Source: Podarcis erhardii
Taxonomy: Eukaryota
Strand: one strand, 5' to 3'
DNA: 61,777 nt
Assembly (NCBI GenBank): GCA_964252035.1
Contig: CAXUOO010000178.1
Shown: positions 52,008-61,777 of the stretch, in pieces
Layout of the letters: each line of letters opens with the position of its first letter
Numbering within the stretch: position 1 is the stretch's first letter
Notes under the pieces: model-generated
Told to the model about the DNA's origin: nothing
The model's input: only the letters and a program-made list of their open reading frames with translations
Database searches by the model: none
Translations under genes and position numbers: made by a program

Positions 52008-53554
52008 ATGCCCCTTCCAATACCATTGTTGCCAATCATTGCTTTTTCTGCCAAAGATGTCACCATACAGCAGACTTTGACGCCGAAAACAAATGGCTCA
52101 GCTCGAGGATTGCTGCGCCATGGGATCCTTTTTTTTTTCTGGTTGGTCGCGCTTCACAGCTCATACACAGCTTTCAGTAAACGCGATTGGCAGCACGGCA
52201 CTGTCAGGGCTACTGCTGTTGCAGATGCATCTGCAGGAGGGCGCCGCAATGATTCGGCAACACGTCCACGGCATCGTCTGCAGCGACTGGAGAGCTTAGC
52301 AAGTAGTGACAGTTCCTCTCTGATACGCTTGGACGACGTGAATTACGCTTCTCTAGTGCTAAGGTCTCTTCCGCAGGCGTCATCGGTTGAACAACAAGAG
52401 CAGCACCGAATACAACGGAGCAATAGTAAATTCAATTTTTACAGCAAACAAGGGCCGGCTCGGCCCTATCATCTCTTTATTCTGTACACGCTCGGTGAGA
52501 GAGCGCCGCAGTACGCCTCTTGCCTCGAATGCAGCGACGCCCTCAACGCTTATCAAAAAGTCTCAGAAGCTTTTCGCAGAGCAGGTACTCATATTGCTTT
52601 CGTGCGTTTACGCACATGCTTACATATTCCGGATTTGGATAGATATGTTCCCAAAGGGTTTCCTAACAATCACCACACTTCTTCCCTAGTGAAATTGGAC
52701 TGAAAACTAGATGATATGCGCAGATTGCAGTATACATCTGTACGCATGTGTCAGTAAGATATATATACGTACCGTTACCAACGTAACTGCACAACGCAGC
52801 AGCAGCGTTCTGGTTGTGCTTTCACTTGTTTATTCCATTATTTTTACATCGGAAGCGGACGGATAAGACTTTTGTTGTGGTCGCATTGAGCTTTCGTCCA
52901 TGTGCCAGTCCAACATAAGTTTCTACTACGTAGTCGTATTTGTAAGTATTAACTTACACACGTGAGGACGCAGGCAATTGGAGTACTGAGATATCTGGTT
53001 TTGTTGAAAACTTTATCAGTTATATCCTTTATACATATATATATATATATATCTGTATTCGTGGCTGCCATTCTGAGAATAAATTTGTATGTATGTGCGC
53101 AACGGCATCTAAATGAATCCGTGAGCTAACATGCTGTGTTTCAATTTCAGGCGCCCACAAGCAGCGTTCTTCCCGAGATTTGAAAAATGAAGGTGCTCCG
53201 CTTTCCTACTGTGCCCGAAGTCCCGTGTTTTTCGCAGTTGTGGATGTTGCTGCGCTTAATCATACACCTGCACTGCATGGCCTTCCATCTTTGCCTGCTG
53301 TGGTCCATTTGCCACCTGCGTTGCCGCATCAACTCCAGCAAGAAGTTAGTGAAGAGGAAGAAGAGATTGCAACGGACGAAGAGTTGCCTTACGTTGCATC
53401 GAGAGTTGAAAAAGCGGATTCTTGGAGTACGATGGTCAAGAATGCTCCATTGCCATATCCCAAAGAAGAGCTGCTGTTACTTCAGAGGGCGCTTAACGAC
53501 GCTGGCGTCGAGCGTACGATTTTGGAATGGGCCAACATGAAAACATTAAGGTAC

Positions 53555-53595
<41 letters not shown>

Positions 53596-55254
53596 CTGAT
53601 AATTGATAGCAGCTGTATGGTCTGCGCGAAGAAGTTGTTTGACTGAAAATAAATTTTTCAGTGAACTGTGCTGTAGCTCTCAGAGCATGCTTGATTTGTT
53701 CCCCGCTTTCTTAGAGATAGTCTCACGGAGTGACAGATTTGATCTAAGATAGCCATAAGACCTGCTACACAGTTCAGTCCCTTCTTCTAGATCCATTGTA
53801 CATATATCGGTGGATAAGAGGGCATTAACGTCTAAATGATGCGACTCTGTTTCTGTTTAGTGCTCGTTAGTCTGTATAAAAAAAAGAGTTTTTATCGTAT
53901 GCAGTGAGTCAAGGTCGGTTTAGTTTTAGTAAATGCTGTAGTTCAGACATATCAAACAATATATCGTTTCGGTTTGTTCTTGCGTACATTTTGAAAGCAA
54001 GAACATGTTTTATTAGCGAAATTTGCTGCTACGTTTGCATGTAAATAGCGCTCACGAAGATTGTTTCTCCGTCGGCGCTATTACGGAGTGCCTGCTGCTG
54101 AGGAATAATTTCTAAGAGGAACGAGTTTTAGCATAGCCAACCACAATAATGCTCTACCGCAGCATAGTGTCTACGATGAACTCTGTTGACGCTTTCACTG
54201 GCAAACTCATTACTTTTCTATGCGATTTTGCAGGAGAGTGAAGGTGCCGACCTCCGCTTTGATGGATGCTTCTTCTCTATGCATTTTGCTATCTTTGCTT
54301 GTCGTGCTGGTGCTACTGGCGAGCGCTGCGCTGTCGCTGGTGCCGCGCTATCCGTGGTTGATGCCATTGGGCGGTTGCACCTTTTACTGGTTAAGCACGA
54401 GTGGCTTAGTCTTTTCATTATACAATCGCGTCCCACTTGTTGGCTACGAGAACATTTCGCGCCAATTGGTACTCATTTCTCGCTCTATGAGATCGCAGTT
54501 TCTTCTCGAAGGATTTCTCATGAGTGCGTGTTGTATCGTTGTAAGTTTAGCGGCTGCAGTGCTGATCATTCTGCCAGACGCGTTTCTTCGTACGTGGCTA
54601 GCGTGTCAGAGGAAAAAGAAATTCCCATCTAATCAGGCGTTGTTGAAGCGCTTGTATCTCACTCACAGCGTTAGCGGCAGCTCTAGTGGGCATGTTTCCT
54701 CAAGTGTCTCTGATTTTACCCATATATTATCCGAGGATGGGATCCTTCGCCTCAGAAAATTTGACGACGGTGTGGTGTCGGTGACTGCGCCGATATATAT
54801 GGAGAAGAGGCAAAAGTTTGATGTGCAGGACACAACGCACAGCGATACCGTGGTCAGAAGCGCAGAATGTATGCCACACAGTGAGAGTGCACATCTTTCA
54901 AATAAGAACGGCATTCACAGTAGAAGATCGTGCGTCGATCCGCGCAGATCACATCGAGCTTTACATGAGTTTGTGCCGCTACAGTTGGAACAGGCAATAG
55001 AAGAAAAGAAAGCCCTCCTGCAGTGGGTCCAAAATGAGAAGCAGGAAAACGCGGAAGCAGGCTTTGTTGCTTTTCTCGGGGCGCGCCTTTGTCTTCTTCT
55101 CTGTCTCATGCTCGCTGCTTTCCTCTCGACAGCGTAGAATTGTGCTCTCATAATGTTTCCCTAGCTTAAATCTCCTTGGTACAATGCGACTTTTTTTCCT
55201 CCATCATCGTATATGACTGGACCAATACGCGTAGATCGTGGAAATACATTATAG
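52008..55254 (+). CDS. OST3: Oligosaccharyltransferase OST3/OST6 (TUSC3/MAGT1-like) subunit: signal/TM, thioredoxin-like domain with CxxC, 4 TM helices
   Basis: Exons 52008-52584 (RPYHLFILYT...SCLECSDALNAYQKVSEAFRRA G|GT), 53151-53550 (FFAVVDV...LPAVVHLPP...ILEWAN..AG|GT) and 54234-~55134 (WLSTSGLVFSLYNRVPLVG, QFLLEGFLMS, TM3, TM4) are phase-compatible. A tail LKSPWYNATFFPPSSYMTGPIRVDRGNTL* lies at 55165-55254. These motifs are typical of the OST3/OST6 family. The junction to the tail is unresolved (see findings). Confidence 0.88.
53562..53594. repeat. (AT)n microsatellite just inside OST3 intron 2
   Basis: Read directly from the sequence. Confidence 0.95.
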
Positions 55255-56317
55255 GAAATTTTATGTGATCTTTGCACACACACAATTCTACGCTGTCGAG
55301 AGGAAAGCAGCGACTTGCAGCCAGATTTTATCAACTTCGCATTCTTATGCAAACGCCGAGACTTTATGAAACGAAAAATCTCTCATATTTTCTCCTTGTA
55401 TGCTACCCGGGGTGTGAGCGCTCTACATTGCGGATATCAGAATATAAAGTTGAGTAGAACTTATTTAAACAGAAGACTTGATTGAACGCGAGAAAAGACC
55501 GCGAGCATGCAGCGAGTCGAAGAGCAAAGAGTCCGACCGGATATGCTCTGCCGCTTATTCAACGAAAAAGCGCTTGCTATTTGTGTTACCATGAAAAGTC
55601 ACCCCCTAGCTTCAATCGGCAATGATATCCCTCAGACTTTCCGGAACACTCCTTTGCCTCTTGAGAGCAACTCTTTGTATAGTTCAGAGTCTAAGTCAAC
55701 GATTTCAAGTAATTCAAGTAGCTCATTAAAGACTAGCGTATGAGAAGGGCGGCACCATATGTCACTCACAACCGCGGAATCTCTCATTTTTTCAACAAAT
55801 CACATTTATATAATATATATAGACATGGCGAGCGCTTAAGCGTCAATAGTGTTTGCAGAGATGCAAATATGCACTCGCTGACTACATATGTGCACTGTAA
55901 ACTTGTGCGTAAAATTTCTCTCACCCATCCTTCACTTGACTGGAATTTCGGCATCCTTTCACACTGCTACCGAACTTGTGCAGTTCTTCTCTCGGATAGC
56001 ATAGCTTCCTGGAAAAAAACTCTGATTTAACGGGATTTTGCGCAGTCCTATATTTTACGCATGCTTCAGAAGGCCAGTGGTACCGTACCATACGTACGAG
56101 TGCATTAATGAACTATGCATTTCTGGCATTAGACCGCGCAAATCTTATCCAGAACTATACACTCGATAATGTAAATGTAGATCTTGGTTGATGATATATT
56201 GCTCGCACACTACCGTTCTTTTTCGCTTTCTTCCACCATTACCAACTTCGCACACAATGGAAGAACTGTGACTTCTCGGGATTCATTCGCATTGCATGAG
56301 ATGGACGCAATACTGAC

Positions 56318-56788
56318 TCAGTCAACCTGCAGTGGATCCTGCAAGGGTAATGATTCCGTTCTTTCGTCTGGCAGTGATGTATCCGAGTCTGGTTCAATCA
56401 CAACAGGTTCTACAGCAACGGTTGGGGGAGACAACTCATTGGGTCTTTCAATGGAAGCTTGCGACTCGGCGCGTTCCATCCCTTCAAGTTGCCTTTCTCT
56501 AGCGCTTGTGTCTGCTGAAAGAGGAAGAGCGGACGTTTCAGGCCGTGGGGTTTTTACACGAAATTTTGATGTAGAGTTTTCGGTTGCGTTCGACTCTCCA
56601 TAAGCCTCATTTGGTTCCGTGTGAATCACAACACGAGGCAAATCCTCTTGTATAGAACGGGCTCGCTTGCGTAAATGGGGTTCTTCCGTAGAGGGCCTTT
56701 TACCTTTGGCTTTCGCTTCCGTTTCATGCTTTTGCGGAGTGGCCACGGATATAGTAGGGTAATCTTCTTTACTGTTAAAGCACCCCAT
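56318..56788 (-). CDS. Small (156 aa) predicted N-myristoylated/palmitoylated protein (MGCFNSK...), E/P/S-rich and probably disordered
   Basis: ATG at 56788 inside the 211-aa ORF begins MGCFNSKED, the MG-C-x-x-S-K dual acylation pattern seen in apicomplexan proteins such as CDPK3 and PKG. It may continue through a further intron. Confidence 0.7.
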   Translation of the reverse strand: MGCFNSKEDYPTISVATPQKHETEAKAKGKRPSTEEPHLRKRARSIQEDLPRVVIHTEPNEAYGESNATENSTSKFRVKTPRPETSALPLSADTSARERQLEGMERAESQASIERPNELSPPTVAVEPVVIEPDSDTSLPDERTESLPLQDPLQVD

Positions 56789-59639
56789 GGTCTCTGCGTA
56801 AAAGGTAATCAGCAAACAAAAACGGGAAAGACGAGCGAAGCTATTACGCCTGTACAGATGACTTAGATACATACATCGGAAGTCAAAGTGTGTACGTTGC
56901 TGTGCTGCATAAAGTTTTTCATGTGCGATAGTCGTTATTGAAAATTCTTGCACGGGCAGCAGTTTCTTGTGTGCTCTTGAAATGACTTACTAGAATATAT
57001 GCCACAAACGGTCTGCTTTCACAACTCACTGGATGTGCAGAGCAGAAAAAAAAAGCTACTTCTTGCTTCTCTGTATCATGGATTGGGTTAAAAGGGCGAT
57101 AGTAAGTACTGCTGTAGACATATTAGATAGATTTAGCTGCTAAATCACCTGCGATCCTCCACTACTGAGCTTGAAGCCTACATATAAAAATATGTGTTTT
57201 ACATATATATGAATATAGTACATATAATCGTATATTTTTACGAAATTCATGAGCCGTTAAAAAAGGCACACAGCCATGACCTCGACAAAATATTCATCAT
57301 AATGAGATCAGCTCTACGAAGATAGAGCATGCGCAGCTTAAATGCTGGCCACTAAGCGGAAATAGGCCATGCACTCTTCCCCGCATGAAGACGTGCTCCT
57401 GTGTCATAAGACATGTTCGGAGCAGCTTCAATCGTACACGATTGAACACTTACCTACTATTCTGCGCGATGTGCTGCCAACAGAGGCACGATTGTGTTAC
57501 CTTAATTTGATCCAGGCGGGGAGGTCATCGTTACACTGGGATTTTTGCGTCTCTGTAGAAGAAATCAAATTTTTGTGAAACCTCAAAAAGTGAAAGATAA
57601 ATTGCATACAGGTGGATAAATATTCTACAGAGTTTCAAAATCACAGAAGTTCAATCAAAACGTTAGTGAAAATGACGGGTATTTCAACACTCGTGTCGTA
57701 AAATTAGCAGCCCTAACCATGGCTAGCGAGATACACTAGAATTCGACATCGCTCGATCCTCCATTTTTCGCAAAGATACATGATATGACGTAAACTAGGA
57801 CATGGCACAAGCCCAAAATCTTCATTTTCAGCGAAGAAGAAAAACGTTGCGGGGTTCTGACTTTTTGTACACTCTCGTAGAGGGCTGTGTACGAGCTTCG
57901 ACACGAGAGTACATCACAGATGCACGTTTTAAAAAAGTTCATGCGCTACATGTCGCGCAAAAACACTGAAAACAGTGTGCGAGGACGATAGCATAGATAA
58001 AGGCAGAGCAGAACTAGCCCATACCTGTGGCCTTTTGTTCTGAAGTAACATGGGAGCATTTGCCAACATATAGTTTTTTTCTTTGTGCTTTGTATGAATT
58101 TAGAATTGTACATATGTTCACGTGTATAAATACGCGTTTTCGATTTTCTGCTCTCAATGTAATCATTGCCGAAACCTGTAAATCATGAAACTTTTTGATC
58201 TAATTGTATACAGCCACTCAGCGCAGATACATAAAGATGCTAGATTTTGTAGAACGCATGTATGGAGTGAAATTGATTATAAGCAAACATAATCCAATAT
58301 AGTTGACAATACACTCCAGATGTATTTTCTTTGAATGGAAGCTTATGCGTGTGTGCACAACACTGTATACATTTACCTTTTACCGTCCACTAAACTTTCC
58401 ATTTCGATCCAATATTCTCTTTTTTTTATAAATTTTACATCCACTGGGTACAGACGCACGTGCGCTAGTACGCTTTTTACTAAAACTTGTGTTACCAGTT
58501 CCCATTTAGGAGGCGCACATAGACGTCAAGTGCAGCATCAGCTTCAACAATACTTCTGAACAAGGCGCGCGGATGTAAATGGTTTCCGCAGCTCTAAGAT
58601 TACTTTCAATTTGTAGATTTCGACCTTTTCCAAACGTAACTTTCCGTTAAGCACCGCGAACTAATTTGCTTGACTAAAATTAGTGCAGTTGTGTGTGCCT
58701 ATCTATATTTAGTACTTCAAGCCAGACTTACCTGAAAGGATACTTATTTGAAAGAAAACGAGGCCGGCTTAGATTGAACCACCACTTCATGATATTGACA
58801 TAATTCGCAGTCATTTTGATATAGAGGGAGCACATATACTTTTTATCTCAATGTACACAAATCTTGCAGTCGAGCATGGGTGCTGTTCACGCAATCGTTG
58901 TTCTCCGTCAGAGAATTTCCAAATTGCAAGCCAGACCCACTCCAATTGGCCTTCCGTTGTACGTAAGCATACGCCTTGACTCGCGATTTAGCTCTGCTGC
59001 TGGATAAAGCTTGACCATCTAACGCCTCCTAGTGTTAATTTACAGCATATCTTATGAACTCTATCTGCGCAATAGGGCTTGCCAGATTTTTTTTAAAAGT
59101 GATTTTCTTCTCACTTCAAGTTACAAAAGAGCCAAGCCATGTAATTTGTACATCAGCATATCTGCAGACAGTGAAAGCGAATTTTACAAGAAGAACAAAC
59201 TATACATCACGTAGCGACGTTCAGCTTGACGAATGGCGTTGACCAGTAACAGCATTTGTTTCAAACGTAATATTGTTTATGATATGATGAGGAAAAGGTC
59301 TGATTAAAGCTGAAGGTGTTTGCTACCATGTTATTAGTTTCCCTCGAGGAAAAAAAAAAAAAGCGCACAGTAAAAAGTATAGTCATGGGTTGTTGGCTTG
59401 GTTCAGATTGATAGATGTCAACAAAATGATTAGTTTTTAGAACGAACCTACTGTAAAACTTCAAGCTTTCAGCGAAAACACACTACTAGCAAATGCAAAT
59501 ATTACATCTTTGGACATGACCTTCATCAACTTGATAGGATATGTCGCTATACATGTATACTGCGTGCATCTAATTTCAGAAATGCTAGTTGTGAATGACG
59601 GCTCAACGGGTTGCAGATTGGATCCTTTACATACATGTA

Positions 59640-59642
<3 letters not shown>

Positions 59643-59672
<30 letters not shown>
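59643..59672. repeat. (AT)15 microsatellite
   Basis: Read directly from the sequence. Confidence 0.95.
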
Positions 59673-59675
<3 letters not shown>

Positions 59676-61777
59676 CCTTAGTGCATAGCATATGCATGCA
59701 ATGCCAGGTATTCAAGTAATGCATATAAGATATACGAATATATACACACAGATATGCAAGACACATATAGTAATTTTACTCTCATAAGACAGATGTAAGG
59801 ACATGTGATATCTGCTTCATCACTCTTTGTTTGCATTTAATGGCAGTTAGTATTTAGTGTTCCGACGCACTCTCTGAATCACGCCTGTATTGCTACTATG
59901 ATGTCGGACATTCTCTATAAGCTACTCGGCAGGAATACCTGTCGAAATTCAGCTGCACTGAGGTGAACTGTGCTGTACAGATCCAATTATTCTAGCGGAT
60001 GACCTCTACGCCAGCCAACGTGCCACTGCTTACAGTAGTGCAGACTACACAGCGAGGGAAGCGTGGTAACTGCACACGCTGGCGCAGCTGCAGCAACAGC
60101 ATGCAGCAGTGCTAGAACAGAAGCTCGGACTGTACAGCAGAAGTAAAGATCAACTGCAGCACTTTAATGGCAAAGTAGTTCGTTTGAAGCAGCTTATTGT
60201 CAGCGGCTTTCAGCGGCAGCCGGGCTATGACACTCAGCTCCTGCGAACGTTGAAATAAATGCGACAAGAGAACTCCGGAGCGATGCGCATAAGCATTAGT
60301 AGTAGGGCCGCTCATTGGATATAGCAAAAAGAAACGAAAATTTAAAAGAAGCGTAAACGTATCAACAGTAAACCTGTACTGCCGCATCAGCAACTGCAGC
60401 AACACCACTAGCAGCAACGCCAGCAGCTCCAACGGTAGCAACACGGAATACGGGGAGCGACAGCTGGCAAGGTGCGCGACACCGTTGGATGAAGAATTTC
60501 ATCTCTCCTGGTGATTTTTTTTCATTTCTTCGTGGTAGAAAAAATTATGGAAATTATTTTCCCAAATGCCTTCTCCGTTCCGCGCACCCATTGTCAGAGC
60601 CTGCACTCGTCGCGACAGCGGCAGCATCGGCCACGACAGCAGCAACCGCAGTGGCAACACCAGCACGGGCTCCGTAATGCGAGTTCGAAATACAAACTCC
60701 TAAACAGAAGCTATAATGCTTTTGCATAAGTCCTTCGTATGTGTTTCTTATTTTGCAGTAAAAGTGTTTTTCTTTCTCTTCCCGTGCTGCTGGCGTTGCA
60801 GCTGCTGCTGCGGTGGTGCTGCAGCGTCCCAGTACTCTCTCCGAAAAAAAAAACCATTTGTGCGTTTTGTTGTCACCATTTCTGCTAATGCTAGCGCTTC
60901 TTTGAGGCACGGAGCGCTGTTCCATGAGCTGGTAATAAATTCCTTTCCGTTTTCCTTGTTTGAGATGAAGTAGTTGCGTTGTCTCGTCTCGCTTATATGC
61001 TCTTTCCTTCTCTTCTAACTGCAGTAGCCCCTGCGACAACAACTCAGGGTAAATGTCAGCAACAACACCCGCAGACGTAGCGGTTGAGTCAAAATTTTAC
61101 TGAAGCGAGCAAGGAGCCAAACATTTGTATTAAACGCCGCGCCGAACTGGATTAGCTAATATATAGTTTTTGTGCATATATATATATATATGTTTGTAGT
61201 TAGATGTATTCTCATAAAAGGTTGTAGCTAATCTTCAATACCATCAGTTGATTCAGTTATGTGTATTCCCAAGTGTACAGTTATAAGCTTGTACACGCTA
61301 CCTACCTCCACGAGATTCTCTACTTAACTACATTTTCACATATATGTATATAATATATGTAGATATCTGTGAAAGCACAATAATGGCTCTCTGTGGATCT
61401 ACTAGAGAATGTGCATACTTGAAAAATGAGGGGGGCTGCTAATATAGTTTCATGACTGTGTAACTTAAAGAGGAATCAACTCGTCACCTTGCGCAGTCTC
61501 GTCAATAAGTGCATTCCTCTCATACTGTTAGCGCTTCTTGCTATTCCTTTTTGTTCGGTTCAACTTTCTTCTTTTCTGTTTGCTCTTCCTGGCCTTCACT
61601 CTGTCTCGTGTACAGCAATTGCAATGATCTTTTTTGAAAAAGATTATATTTATTAAACACTGATAGTAAACCAGATGTGCTCGCACTAAACTCATGGGTA
61701 GTTGTTATTCCAATTAGGGAGTAACGCTGTTTCTTATGCTCCCGTACATCACAGATTCATATAAATTTATGTACTCG

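Noticed and set aside
55645-55732. Minus-strand amphipathic frame FNELLELLEIVDLDSELYKELLSRGKG as a possible extra exon of the MGC protein
   Set aside because: It needs a phase-1 donor that the upstream ORF lacks, and it runs into TGA.
59850-61050. CAG-rich ORFs on both strands (60112-60444, 60554-61042)
   Set aside because: Low complexity with stops in both candidate frames, so no consistent model. A gene here cannot be excluded.
1-61777. CRISPR arrays, rRNA, organellar insertions (NUMT/NUPT), intact transposons
   Set aside because: No spacer-repeat arrays, rRNA, mitochondrial or apicoplast gene fragments, or RT/integrase/transposase motifs were recognised.

Overview
Eukaryotic nuclear DNA from a coccidian apicomplexan (Eimeria/Cyclospora/Toxoplasma relative). 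The evidence is spliceosomal GT-AG introns, short CAG runs giving poly-Q/A, TA microsatellites, and a 3-exon ortholog of the Toxoplasma ATP synthase subunit ATPTG15. Most entries in the six-frame ORF track are antisense or low-complexity artefacts, and the real genes had to be rebuilt by splicing. Left to right: (1) a large unknown plus-strand gene cut by the window edge; (2) an AT-richer stretch with unresolved exon-like pieces; (3) ATPTG15 on the minus strand; (4) copy A of a ~13 kb direct segmental duplication; (5) a ~7 kb unique spacer with unresolved exons; (6) copy B; (7) an OST3/OST6 oligosaccharyltransferase subunit gene; (8) a small MGCxxSK dually acylated protein. The main find is the duplication. 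Each copy carries a paralog of an unrecognised ~1250-aa protein with about 5 transmembrane helices and a long Q/S-rich tail. The 5' exons are old paralogs under purifying selection. The central ~3-4 kb, including an intron and its microsatellite, is almost identical, which points to recent gene conversion. Copy A has a frameshift and a premature stop. A second anomaly is that the conserved OST3 C-terminal tail is in frame but separated from TM4 by two TAG codons, with no compatible canonical intron. Identity figures are hand counts or by-eye estimates, and homology calls come from recall, not database searches. No rRNA, tRNA, CRISPR or intact mobile element was seen.
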